From positions 15,165,362 to 15,206,194 of the forward strand of contig NC_057750.1 of NCBI RefSeq assembly GCF_004010195.1: 40,833 nucleotides of DNA, read 5' to 3'. The stretch's first letter is position 1; each line of letters begins with the position of its first letter. Positions 23,885 to 35,654 of the stretch are shown one piece after another. The translations under genes were made by a program, and so were the position numbers. This DNA is from Chiloscyllium plagiosum (Eukaryota). Below the pieces are notes generated by a model. It ran no database searches and had not been told where the DNA came from. It saw nothing but the letters and a program-made list of their open reading frames with translations.

Positions 23885-24337
23885 AGAGTCATTGAGTCAT
23901 AGAGAATTACAGCATGGCAACAGACCCTTCGGTCCAGCCCGTCCATGCCGACCAGATATCCCAACCCAATCTAGTCCCACCTGCCAGCACCCGGCCCATA
24001 TCCCTCCAAACCCTTCCTATTCATATACCCATCCAAATGCCTCTTAAATATCACAATTGTACCAGCCTTCACCACTTCTTCTGGCAGCTCATTCCATACA
24101 CGTACCACCCTCTGTGAGAAAAAGTTGCCCCTTAGGTCTCTTTTATATCTTTCCCCTCTCACCCTAAACCTATGCCCTCTAGTTCTGGACTCCCCAACCC
24201 CAGAGACAAGACTTTGTCTATTTATCCTATCCATGCCCCTCATAATTTTGTAAACCTCTATAAGGTCACCCCTCAGCCTCCGACACTCCAGGGAAAACAG
24301 TCCCAGCCTGTTCAGCCTCTCCCTATAGCTCAAATCC
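23885..24337 (-). mobile_element. Young 5'-truncated CR1/HER1 LINE 3' end
   Basis: Open frame LSYRERLNRLGLFSLECRRLRGDLIEVYKIMRG...FFSQRVVRVWNELP..WD*; (atgactct)-type tail. Confidence 0.97.
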
Positions 24338-24554
24338 TACTGTAATTAGATGCCAACAGAGGTTTTACCCCAAGGATCGACATTTAGTCAGCAGGACTCT
24401 GCAGATTGGCAGCAGAGTGATCAGAATGAGGTGAAAGATGCTATAAATGTTGTCTCTGCCACATTCAGTATCTTGACACCCAGCCAGCGGGTCAGGAGGT
24501 CAAACAGGTCGCTGGTTATCTGCCTGCAGAAATTGTAGAGCTACAAGGGGATTG

Positions 24555-24676
24555 AGGTCAAAGGTCAAGGGAGTAATAGAAGCTAATCACACAGGTCCTC
24601 GCAGAGCACGTTCACCTCCCGGATTAATATTTAGCTACATGCATTCAACAATTGTTTAGTTCAGTTAATAGTTAAC
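24555..24676. promoter_or_regulatory. Putative endodermal enhancer or promoter: perfect DR1 plus HNF1-like and forkhead-like sites
   Basis: AGGTCA-A-AGGTCA at 24555-24567; GTTAATAGTTAAC at 24664-24676 (one mismatch to GTTAATNATTAAC); TGTTTAG at 24653-24659. Confidence 0.5.
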
Positions 24677-24689
24677 CAAACAGCAGGAT

Positions 24690-24978
24690 AATCAGAATGT
24701 CAGGGCCCAAGTCCAGTCCAATCTCTCTGAGGGAGGGCTGAATTGTCCGAGCCCCTCAGCTTTCGGGCGAGACGTTAAACTGAGTCCCTCTGTCTCTCGG
24801 GTTGACTTGAAAGATCCTGTGAAGCCGGGGAGGGGGTTTCTGGGCTGCATTCGCCCCTCAATCCACTTCATTTGGTTGCGGATTGCTGCGCTCACCATAC
24901 AACAACAGCGAAGACACTTTAGTGGCTGGAAGTGCCTCCTGAGATAATGAAAGGTGCTACATAAATCCAATTTGTTTC
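24690..24978 (+). mobile_element. Old Deu-domain SINE (SacSINE1/AmnSINE1-like)
   Basis: ctttcgggcgagacgttaaactgag...aaagatcc resembles the Deu domain; tail tgaaaggtgctacataaatccaa. Confidence 0.65.
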
Positions 24979-25738
24979 TGTTTTCGGCAGTAAAGGGAGA
25001 GGCTGTTTGAGGGAAACATTGGGCCAAGGTCAGAAATTAAACCAACAGCTTTAACTGGTTAAATATTGAAAACGGATCAGTAAAGCAATCAAATGTGAAG
25101 TAAATCATTTAATGTGAGAGATTCAACATCCAAAATAAATGAGAAATAATACTCCCCACAGCTCTGACAGATGAGTGTGCAGCAAGGAATGCATCATCTC
25201 GGTTAGAACTGGTGTTACGAAGGTCTGAATGGTTCCTGTGTAACAACTCTACATGATGTTGAGCTAAGTCTTAATTCGTTGCTCTGGTATGACATGTGAT
25301 GTCAGTGTGGGAGGGGCAGCTCGCTTCCTGGTAGTGACCTCAATGGCCGCCCTGAAAGATTGGGATTGTTTAATGAGGGGTGATGTCTCCATTTGTGCTA
25401 GTCCAGGTCCGTTACTTCTCCCTCCTCAATCTCCTCAATCCCTACCTCCACCTGGCAAGGTGCAACTCCCAAGCTCAGAGATTGGATTTTGGATCATGTG
25501 TCCATCTGGTAACGTCTGTGGACAGCTTGGGTCAATGCAATTGCACTGGCCGCAGCTTGGAGCATAATGACTGGGTTAATACCAGAAATTAGTTGAGTTT
25601 GGGATTATGGTCGGCATGGACTGGTTCGACCGAAGGCCTAGTTTCCGTGACTCTGCAAAAGGCTTGTCTTATGGGGAGACTTCAAGCAGTTTAGGCCGAC
25701 ACTCTCCAGAGTTTAGAAGAATGGGAGGCAATCTAATT

Positions 25739-27850
25739 AGAGTCATAGAGTCATAGAGATGTACAGCTTGGAAACAGACCCTTCGATCCGACCCGTCCAT
25801 GCCGACCAGATATCCCAACCCAATCTAGTCCCACCTGCCAGTGTCCAGCCCATATCCCTCCAAACCCTTCCTATTCATATACCCATCCAAATGCCTCTTA
25901 AATGTTGCAATTGTACCAGCCTCCACCACTTCCATATGGCAGCTCATTCCATACCCGTACCACCCTCTGCGTGAAAACGTTGCCCCTTAGGTCTCTTTTA
26001 TATTTTTCCCCTCTCAACCTAAACCNNNNNNNNNNNNNNNNNNNNNNNNNNNNNNNNNNNNNNNNNNNNNNNNNNNNNNNNNNNNNNNNNNNNNNNNNNN
26101 NNNNNNNNNNNNNNNNNNNNNNNNNNNNNNNNNNNNNNNNNNNNNNNNNNNNNNNNNNNNNNNNNNNNNNNNNNNNNNNNNNNNNNNNNNNNNNNNNNNN
26201 NNNNNNNNNNNNNNNNNNNNNNNNNNNNNNNNNNNNNNNNNNNNNNNNNNNNNNNNNNNNNNNNNNNNNNNNNNNNNNNNNNNNNNNNNNNNNNNNNNNN
26301 NNNNNNNNNNNNNNNNNNNNNNNNNNNNNNNNNNNNNNNNNNNNNNNNNNNNNNNNNNNNNNNNNNNNNNNNNNNNNNNNNNNNNNNNNNNNNNNNNNNN
26401 NNNNNNNNNNNNNNNNNNNNNNNNNNNNNNNNNNNNNNNNNNNNNNNNNNNNNNNNNNNNNNNNNNNNNNNNNNNNNNNNNNNNNNNNNNNNNNNNNNNN
26501 NNNNNNNNNNNNNNNNNNNNNNNNNNNNNNNNNNNNNNNNNNNNNNNNNNNNNNNNNNNNNNNNNNNNNNNNNNNNNNNNNNNNNNNNNNNNNNNNNNNN
26601 NNNNNNNNNNNNNNNNNNNNNNNNNNNNNNNNNNNNNNNNNNNNNNNNNNNNNNNNNNNNNNNNNNNNNNNNNNNNNNNNNNNNNNNNNNNNNNNNNNNN
26701 NNNNNNNNNNNNNNNNNNNNNNNNNNNNNNNNNNNNNNNNNNNNNNNNNNNNNNNNNNNNNNNNNNNNNNNNNNNNNNNNNNNNNNNNNNNNNNNNNNNN
26801 NNNNNNNNNNNNNNNNNNNNNNNNNNNNNNNNNNNNNNNNNNNNNNNNNNNNNNNNNNNNNNNNNNNNNNNNNNNNNNNNNGGTCAGGCTTACCGGTCTA
26901 TAGTTCCCTGGCTTGTCTTTACCGCCCTTCTTGAACAGTGGCACCACGTTTGCCAACCTCCAGTCTTCCAGCACCTCACCTGTGACTATTGATGATACAA
27001 ATATCTCAGCAAGAGGCCCAGCAATCACTTCTCGAGCTCCCCACAGCATTCTTGGGTACACCTGATCAGGTCCTGGGGATTTATCCACCTTTAACAGTTT
27101 CAAGACATCCAGCACTTCCTCCTCTGTAATCTGGACATTTTGCAAGATGTCACCATCTATTTCCCTACAGTCTATATCTTCCATATGCTTTTCCACAGTA
27201 AATACTGATGCAAAATACTCATTTAACATCTCCCCCATTTTCTGTGGCTCCATACAAAGCCCGCCTTGCTGATCTTTGAGGGGCCCTATTCTATTCCTAG
27301 TTACCCTTTTGTCCTTAATATATTTGTAAAACCCCCTTGGATTTTTGGATTCTCCTTAATTCTATTTGCCAAAGCTATCTCATGTCCCCATTTTGCCCTC
27401 CTGATTTCCCTCTTAAGTATACTCCTACTTCCTTTATACTCTTCTAAGGATTCACTCGATCCATCCTGTTTATACGTTAATATGCTTTCTTCTTTTTCTT
27501 AACCAAACCCTCAATTTCTTTAGTCATCCAGCATTCCCTATAACTACCAGCCTTTCCTTTCACCCTGACAGGAATATACTTTCTCTGGATCCTTGTTATC
27601 TCATTTCTGAAGGCTTCCCATTTTCCAGCCGTCCCTTTACCTGCGAACATCTGCCTCCAATCAACTTTTGAAAGTTCTTGCCTAATACCGTCAAAATTGG
27701 CCTTTCACCAATTTAGAACTTCAACTTTTAGATCTGGTCTATCCTTTTCCATCACTATTTTAAAATGAATAGAATTATGGTCGCTGGCCCCAAAGTGCTC
27801 CCCCACTGACACCTCAGTCACCTGTCCTGCCTTATTTCCCAAGAGTAGGT
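25739..27850 (-). mobile_element. Young CR1/HER1 LINE, 5'-truncated within the endonuclease, with an assembly gap (N 26026-26881)
   Basis: DLLLGNKAGQVTEVSVGEHFGASDHNSI; KSPGPDQVYPRML; EDWRLANVVPLFKKGGKDKPGNYRPVSLT; 3' end nearly identical to 23885-24170; aatt on both flanks. Confidence 0.97.
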
Positions 27851-28095
27851 CAATTGAGGTCTGCATGATGTTCAAGGGGATTGACATAGTCAACATGGAG
27901 AGGATGTTTCCTCATGGGGGCAATCTGGAATGCGATGTGATAGTTTCAAGATCTGGAGCGGCAGAGATGAGGAGGAATTATTTCTCCTAAAGGATTGTGA
28001 ATCTGTGGAATTCACTATACCAGGGTACGATAGATACTGGGACATTGAAGAAATTTAAGGAGAAGATTCTTAACTTGTTGTTGACTATTATCGAC

Positions 28096-28590
28096 TCATA
28101 GAATCATAGAGCGTGGAAATGCAGCCCAACTCAGCCATGCCAACTTGATATCGTAAACTGACCTAGTCACATTTGCCAGCAATTGGTCCGTATCCCTCTA
28201 AATCCTTTCTATTTATATACCCACCCAGATGCCTTTTAAATGTTGCTATTGTACCAGCCACCACCATGTCCTCTGGCAGCTCATTCCATACACGTACCAT
28301 TCTCTGCGTGAATAAGTTGTCCCTTGGGTCCCTTTTAAACCTTTCCCCTCTCACCTTAAAGCTATGCCCTCTAGTTTTGGACTTCCTCACCCCAGGGAAA
28401 AGACTTTGGCTAATCACCCTATCCATGCCCCCTCATGATTTTATAAACCTCTATAAGGTCACCTCCAGCGAGACAGTTCCCAGCGTAGCCAGCCTCTCCT
28501 TATAACTCAAACCTCCAGAGTTGGTGACATCCCCGTAAATCCTTTTTTTAGCAACCTTTCCAGCTTAATACCATCTTTCCTCTCGCAGGG
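28096..28590 (-). mobile_element. CR1/HER1 3' fragment of intermediate age
   Basis: KSKTRGHSFKVRGERFKRDPRDNLFTQRMVRVWNELP; tail ctatgattctatga. Confidence 0.92.
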
Positions 28591-29489
28591 CCGGGAGAGT
28601 GGGCGGGTGAGTGGAGTTGAGGCTGAGATGATCGCATTGAAATGGCAGAGCAGGCTTGAGGGGCTGAATGGCCTCCTCCTGCTGCTAGATATATCAGACG
28701 GTGAAGGTTCCCACGTAAGGGGGTCTGTAGATGACCATCTTGGGAATGGATGAATCCGCTATGCATACCACATACTACAAAGCACTCAGGTGTCACGTCA
28801 GAATAAGGCCGTGTTTCAGGGCAAGGAATTAAATCTTCCAAGTGCCACACCTACGGGCAGTGTCCTTGCCAGTTTTGGAATTAGAGAGATGTCAACACTA
28901 AGGGTAGCAAATGTCTGGGGGATAGGTTTCTCCAGAATGTATTTCGATCTCATGCTGATACAGGGACCGGAGAGGGGGAGAGTGGGACTGTCAGTCAATA
29001 AGGGATTTCAGGGAAGGGACTGAAGGATTCCCCATAGGCACTGGTCGTCTGTTCCACTGGTCCCACCCCACGCCAACCCAAGGATAAACAGAAAAACTGC
29101 TGGAAGGAGCCACAATGTGGACCTTAGCACCAGGGAAGAGGCAACTGCCCAAATGTATGGAGGAAAATGGTAGAGCTTTATTTATAGGGAGTTGAGTAAC
29201 TGTACTCTGAAGTCCCCCACTCAGATTTCAGGAGGGTTTGTTGGTCGTTGCGTGATATGGCAAAAGGGAGGGAGCTAGTGAAGAAATATCAGAAATGGTG
29301 AAAATACCAGGACTTAAGATAGGCAGGTCTCGAAGAGCTGCTGGCGTCTATTCGAAGAAGCAGGTAGGGAAATTGTAAATTGGGGAGTTCATCATCTGCT
29401 ATTGTCCACAGTTGGGGCTTGTGCCTGTGGATCAGCAGACTACAAATTGAGAGAGTGAGAGAAACCAGAAAACAGTTAGTATAGAGTCA

Positions 29490-29526
29490 GCTCTGATCTC
29501 CAGCATCTGCAGACCTCACTTTCTCC
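29490..29526 (+). mobile_element. Short terminal fragment of Penelope-derived family A
   Basis: ctctgatctccagcatctgcagacctcactttctcc is close to the reverse complement of 6751-6786. Confidence 0.65.
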
Positions 29527-29859
29527 TTAGAGTTAGTTATTGTCTTGAGGAATCTCTGAGGCATATTTATATAAAGATTTTTATAGGTTCCAGCTCCCTT
29601 TTGATTTTGTTTTGAAATAAGCCAATGTTGACACAGCCCCCCTCCCCTGCTCTAAGGGCAGGGAGAGCTGGGTAGATTGCAGGACCTCCTCATGTTTCTG
29701 CTCCTGAACCTGACCATTAATAGGTAAATCCAGACTATGTTCAGGGGATGTGGGTTCAAACCTGAACTTTACATGCACCATGGCAACTATCATCCATTGT
29801 TGCTTTAAAAACAAACATCTGGCTCACCAATGTCTGGCCTATTTTTAACTCCTGGTCTA

Positions 29860-30140
29860 AAGATTAGATTAGATTAGATTCCCTACAGTGAGGAAACAGG
29901 CCTTTTGGCCCAACAAGTCTAAGCTGACCCATTTACCTCTGACTAACGCACCTAACACTATGGGAAATTTAGCAGAGCCAATTAACCTGATCAGCAGATC
30001 TTTGGACTGTGGGAGGAAACCCACGCAGACACAGGGAGAATGTGCAAACTCCACACAGACAGTCACCCAAGGCTGGAATTGAACCCAGGTCTCTGGTGCT
30101 GTGAGGCAGCAGTGCTGACCATTGAGCCACTGTACCATCC
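29860..30140 (-). mobile_element. HE1-type SINE with (aatct)n tail
   Basis: A and B boxes, conserved body, agatt repeats at 29861-29880. Confidence 0.92.
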
Positions 30141-30157
30141 TGAAAACAATGGGGTTA

Positions 30158-30469
30158 GTTTAGATTAGATTACTTACAGTGTGGAAACAGGCCCTTTGGC
30201 CCAACAAGTCCACACCGACCTGCCGAAGAGCAACCCATTCCCCTACATTTACCCCTGCCCCTAACACTACGGGCAATTTAGCACGGTCAATTCACCTAAC
30301 CTGCACATCTTTGGACTGTGGGAGGAAACCGAAGCATCCGGAGGAAACCCACGCAGACACGGGGAGAATGTGCAAACTCCACACAGTCAGTCGCCCGAGG
30401 CGGGAATTGAACCTGAGTCTCTGGCGCTGTGAGGCAGCAGTGCTAACCACTGTGCCACCATGCCGCCCA
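30158..30469 (-). mobile_element. HE1-type SINE, full length, (aatct)n tail
   Basis: Reverse complement begins gggcggcatggtggcacagtggttagcactgctgcctcacagcgccagagac. Confidence 0.95.
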
Positions 30470-30764
30470 CAAACTTCTTAACTTCCTTCTGAAATAGGCT
30501 CCTGCCCATACCTTGTCAGTTCCCCATTGTTTCTCCATGATGCCCCAGCCCATCAGGATCAACTTGCCAAACGTTTCTTCCTGTAGTGTAAATTGCTGGG
30601 ACAGTCGGAATTTTGGCTTTCTTGCGTGTGTCCTGATGAGCACAAGACAAAACAACATCAGTACCACGTCTCTCTCAATCAGCACGATCTCAGCTCTATC
30701 TGAACAATCAACTGTCCAGGAAATGAGTGAGGAACCAAGAGTCAGGGACGGACAGACACTTCAG

Positions 30765-30910
30765 TTTGGCTGCATCCAAATCCTGGAATTCCCTACGTCA
30801 CGGCATTCCGAGTGCCCCTCAAGGACTGCAGTAGTTCCAGAAGGTGGGTCACCCACCACCACCTTGAGAACAATGCATGCTGGGCCTGGCTAGTGATACC
30901 CACATCAGCC
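30765..30910 (+). mobile_element. LINE family B 3' tail fragment
   Basis: atcctggaattcc...ggactgcagtagttc..gaagg...caccacc..cccacatc matches 38965-39105. Confidence 0.6.
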
Positions 30911-31104
30911 AGAGGAGTGGAAGCAAAGATGTGAGCGTCTCGGTACACAGCTCACTGAGGGCTAGGAGAAAAATAATCTAGAAGGCCACCAATGTAATCC
31001 CCCACCATCTCCACTAACGTGTCCCCACTGTCAACGTTAAATCTGCCCCCACCCCCAACACCAACCCTACCCCAATGCCAACGCTGCCCCCAACTCTACA
31101 CCAT

Positions 31105-34100
31105 GTGTGGATTTGTGTGCATGTGTGTTTATAATATGTCTGTGTGTTTGTGTGTGTGTGTTTGTGGATATCTGTCTGTATGAGTTTGTATGTGTGTGTA
31201 CTTGTCTGTGCATGTGTACTTGTCTCCGTATTTGGGGATATCTGTGTGTATGTGTTTGTGTGTGTGTACATGTCTGTGTGTGTACTTGTCTGCGTATTTG
31301 GGGATAGCTGTGTGTATGTGTTTGCGTGTATGTACTTGTCTGCATATTTGTGGATATCTGTGTGTACATGTCTGTGTGTGTACTTGTCTGCGTATTTGGG
31401 GATAGCTGTGTGTATGTGTGTGTGTGTGTGCACTTGTCTGCGTATTTGGGGATAGCTATGTGTATGTGTGTGTGTACTTGTCTGCATATTTGGGGATATC
31501 TGTGTGTATGTGTTTGTGTGTATGTACTTGTCTGCGTATTTGGGGATATCTGTGTGTATGTGTTTGTGTGTATGTACTTGTCTGTGTATTTGGTGATATC
31601 TGTGTGTATGTGTTTGTGTGTGTGTACTTGTCTGCGTATTTGGGGATAGCTGTGTGTATGTGTGTGTGTACTTGTCTGCGTATTTGGGGATAGCTGTGTG
31701 TATGTGTGTGTGTACTTGTCTGCGTATTTGGGGATAGCTGTGTGTATGTGTGTGTGTACTTGTCTGCGTATTTGGGGATAGCTGTGTGTATGTGTGTGTG
31801 TACTTGTCTGCGTATTTGGGGATAGCTGTGTGTATGTGTGTGTGTACTTGTCTGCGTATTTGGGGATAGCTGTGTGTATGTGTGTGTGTACTTGTCTGCG
31901 TATTTGGGGATAGCTGTGTGTATGTGTGTGTGTACTTGTCTGCGTATTTGGGGATAGCTGTGTGTATGTGTGTGTGTACTTGTCTGCGTATTTGGGGATA
32001 GCTGTGTGTATGTGTGTGTGTACTTGTCTGCGTATTTGGGGATAGCTGTGTGTATGTGTGTGTGTACTTGTCTGCGTATTTGGGGATAGCTGTGTGTATG
32101 TGTGTGTGTACTTGTCTGCGTATTTGGGGATAGCTGTGTGTATGTGTGTGTGTACTTGTCTGCGTATTTGGGGATATCTGTGTGTATGTGATTGTGTGTG
32201 CGTACTTGTCTGCATATTTGGGGATATCTGTATGTATGTGTTTGTGTGTATGTACTTGTCTGCATATTTGGGGATATCTGTGTGTATGTGTTTGTGTGTA
32301 TGTACTTGTCTGTGTATTTGGTGATATCTGTGTGTATGTGTTTGTGTGCGCGTACATGTCTGTGTGGGTACTTGTCTGCATATTTGGGGATAGCTGTGTG
32401 TATGTGTGTGTGTGTACATGTCTATGTGTGTACTTGTCTGCATATTTGGGGATAGCTGTGTGTATGTGTGTGTGTGTACTTGTCTGCGTATTTGGGGATA
32501 TCTGTGTGTATGTGTTTGTGTGTATGTACTTGTCTGCATATTTGGGGATATCTGTGTGTATGTGTTTGTGTGTGTGTACATGTCTGTGTGTGTACTTGTC
32601 TGTGTATTTGGGGATAGCTGTGTGTATGTGTGTGTGTACTTGTCTGCATATTTGGGGATATCTGTGTGTATGTGTCTGTGTGTGTACTTGTCAGCATATT
32701 CGGGGATATTTGTGTGTATGTACTTATCTGCATATTTGGGGTTAGCTGTGTGTATGTGTCTGTGTGTGTACATGTCTGCCCATTTGGGGATATCTGTGTG
32801 TATGTGTTTGTATGTGTGTGTACATGTTTGTCTGTGTACTTGTCTGCGTATTTGAGGATATCTGTGTGTATGTGCTTGCATGTATGTACTTGTCTGTGTG
32901 TGTGTACTTGTCTGCATATTTGGGATATCTGTGTGTATGTGTTTGTTTGTGTGTACATGTCTGTGTGTTTACTTGTCTGTGTATTTGAGGATATGTGTTT
33001 GTATGTGTGTGTACTTGTCTGTGTGTGTGTACATGTCTGCGTATTTGGGGATATCTGTGTGTATGTGTTTGTATGTGTGCGTACTTGTCTGTGCATGTGT
33101 ACTTGTCTGCGTATTTGAGGATATCTGTGTGTATGTGTTTGTATGTGTGTACTTGTCTGTGTGTGTGTACTTGTTTGCGTATTTGAGGATATCTGAGTGT
33201 ATGTGTTTGTATGTGTGTACTTTTCTGTGTGTGTGTACTTGTCTGCGTATTTGGGGATATCTGTGTGTATGTGTTTGTATGTGTGTGTACTTGTCTGTGC
33301 ATGTGTACTTGTCTGCGTATTTGAGGATATCTGTGTGTATGTGTTTGTATGTATGTACATGTCTGTGCATGTGTACTTGTGTACGTATTTGAGGATATCT
33401 GTGTGTATGTGTTTGTGTGTGTGTACTTGTCTGTGCATGTGTACTTGTCTGCATATTTGGGGATATCTGTGTGTATGTGTTTGTATGTGCGTGCACTTGT
33501 CTGTGCATGTGTACTTGTCTGCGTATTTGTGGATATCTGTGTGTATGTGTTTGTGTGTGTGTACATGCCTGTGTGTGTACTTGTCTGCATATTTGGGGAT
33601 ATCTGTGTGTATGTGTTTGTGTGTGTGTACTTGTCTGCGTATTTGGGGATATCTGTGTGTATGTGTTTGTGTGTGTGTACATGTCTGTGTGTGTACTTGT
33701 CTGCATATTTGGGGACATCTATGTGTATGTGTTTGTGTGTATATACTTTATTTGGGGATATCTGTGTGTATGTGTTTGTGTGTATGTACTTGTCTGTGTA
33801 TTTGGGGATAGCTGTGTGTATGTGTGCGTGTACTTGTCTGCGTATTTGGGGATAGCTGTGTGTATGTGTGTGTGTACTTGTCTGCATATTTGGGGATATC
33901 TGTGTGTATGTGTTTGTGTGTGTGTACTTGTCTGCGTATTTGGGGATATCTGTGTGTATGTGTTTGTGTGTATGTACTTGTCTGCGTATTTGGGGATATC
34001 TTTGTGTATGTGTTTGTGTGTATGTACTTGTCTGCGTATTTGGGGATATCTGTGTGTATGTGTTTGTGTGTGTGTACATGTCTGTGTATGTACTTGTCTG

Positions 34101-34167
34101 CATATTTGGGGATATCTGTGTGTATGTGTTTGTGTGTGTGTACTTGTCTGCATATTTGGGGATATCT
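31105..34167. repeat. GT-rich compound satellite; 44-bp core unit (gtacttgtctgcgtatttggggatagctgtgtgtatgtgtgtgt) with 50-bp and longer variants
   Basis: 12 identical 44-bp units at 31624-32151 with diverged flanks; source of the 450-616 aa H/T-rich ORFs. Confidence 0.97.
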
Positions 34168-34462
34168 GAGTAGGACAGAGCTATTTAATGGAATGAAACC
34201 ATAGGTTTCAGTGTGTGTGGATAAATTGGAATACGTAGGGTTCCGTTCCTGCTCTAGCCATCTTTTTAGTATAAATTATCCAGGGAATGCGGGTTTCGTT
34301 CGCTGGGTCAATAATTATCTGTCCCAAAGTGCTGTAATACGTGTTGTAAGTAATCGTGTATTTACTAGTGTGTGTGTATTCACTAATGTGGGTATATATT
34401 GGTGTGAGGCAGGCTTGAAGTTCAGTCTGCTCAGTCTTGCTATCTATATCTCTGCCTATCGC

Positions 34463-34960
34463 TGTGTACGTGTGTGTACATGTGTGTGTATGTGTGTATA
34501 TGTGTATGTGTGTGTATATGTGTATGTACATGTGTGCATGTGTGTGTATACGTGTATGTGTGTGTACAAGTAATCGCGTGTACATGTGTGTGTACGTGTG
34601 TGTATATGTGTGTGGACATGTGTATATACGTGTGTGTACATGTGTGTGTATATGTGTATGTGCGTGTACATGTGCGTGTATGTGTGATGTGTATGTGTGT
34701 GTACATGTATGCATGTGTACATGTGTATGTATATATACGTGTGTATGTACATGTGTGTGTACGTGTGTGTATATGTGTGTGTACACGTGTGTACATACAT
34801 GTGTGTGTTTATACATGTACATGTGTGTGTTTATACATGTACATGTGTGTGTATACATGTTTGTGTATGTGTGTATATGTGTGTGTGTACGTGTGTGTAT
34901 ACATGTGTGTGTTTGTACATGTGTGCATATGTGTGTGTGTGTTTGTACGTGTGTGTGTAC
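34463..34960. repeat. Alternating purine-pyrimidine (GT/AT/AC/GC) tract
   Basis: About 500 bp of near-continuous RY alternation with many tgtaca and acgt palindromes. Confidence 0.9.
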
Positions 34961-35360
34961 AGGTAGTTCTCCTATAATGTGGTAGTTGCATTCCCATGGG
35001 ATACCGTGTTATAGAAAATCGTGCAATGGGCGGCACGGTGGCTCAGTGGTTAGCACTGCTTCCTCACAGCACCAGGGTCCCAGGTTCGATTCTGGCCCCG
35101 GGCAACTGTTTGTGTGGAGTTTGAACATTCTCCCCGTGTCTGCGTGGGTTTCCTCCGAGTGCTCCGGTTTCCTCCCACAGTCCAAAGATGTGCAGCTCAG
35201 GTGGATTGGCCATGATAAATTGCCCATAGGTATGTTAGTCAGAGGGAAATGGGTCTGGGTGGGTTACTCTTTGGAGGGTTGGTGTGGACTGGTTGGGCTG
35301 AAGGGCCTGTTTCCACACTTTAGGGAATCTAATCAATCATAAATAATGGGGCCTGGGGGA
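34960..35360. mobile_element. Tigger-like MITE end (same family as 8496-8708), split by an HE1 SINE
   Basis: ta|caggtagttctcctataatgtggtagtt...tatagaaaatc [SINE] ...aataatggggcc aligns to the reverse complement of 8610-8708. Confidence 0.65.
35028..35334 (+). mobile_element. HE1-type SINE, full length
   Basis: gggcggcacggtggctcagtggttagcactgc; B box ggttcgattc; tail gggaatctaatc. Confidence 0.95.
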
Positions 35361-35654
35361 AAAACAGGGTTGAGGTGAACCACCAAAAATATCAGTAAAA
35401 ATCAAAACAAAAAAAGCAGTTAGCCTAACACAAACGATAGCACAGTCCAAGTAAATCTTTAAATCATATATTTTAATAAAATAACACAGTAAATGTAACA
35501 CTAAAATCACTGACTCCAGCTTTCACAAAGCTCTTCATAAAGCCGACGCTGTGTCCACTCCTCCTCGAGATTCTCTCCCCAATTTGAAATAAAATTCCTT
35601 TTAAATGTAGACTAGAATCCTCAGTTTCAAGGCCTGCAGAGCTGATTGCATTCC

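Larger units (their letters stand above)
25660..28685 (+). mobile_element. Old CR1 3' portion hosting two later antisense CR1 insertions (host pieces 25660-25738, 27851-28075, 28590-28685)
   Basis: EFRRMGGNLI | EVCMMFKGID reads across the first insertion; 3' UTR resumes at 28590. Confidence 0.75.

Noticed and set aside
5239..27253. ORFs containing long X runs
   Set aside because: They span assembly gaps (5483-6342, 8892-9529, 16938-17667, 26026-26881)
31014..34204. Long His/Thr- or Cys/Val-rich ORFs (up to 616 aa)
   Set aside because: Open in multiple frames because the satellite lacks stops; the 44-bp period is not a multiple of 3
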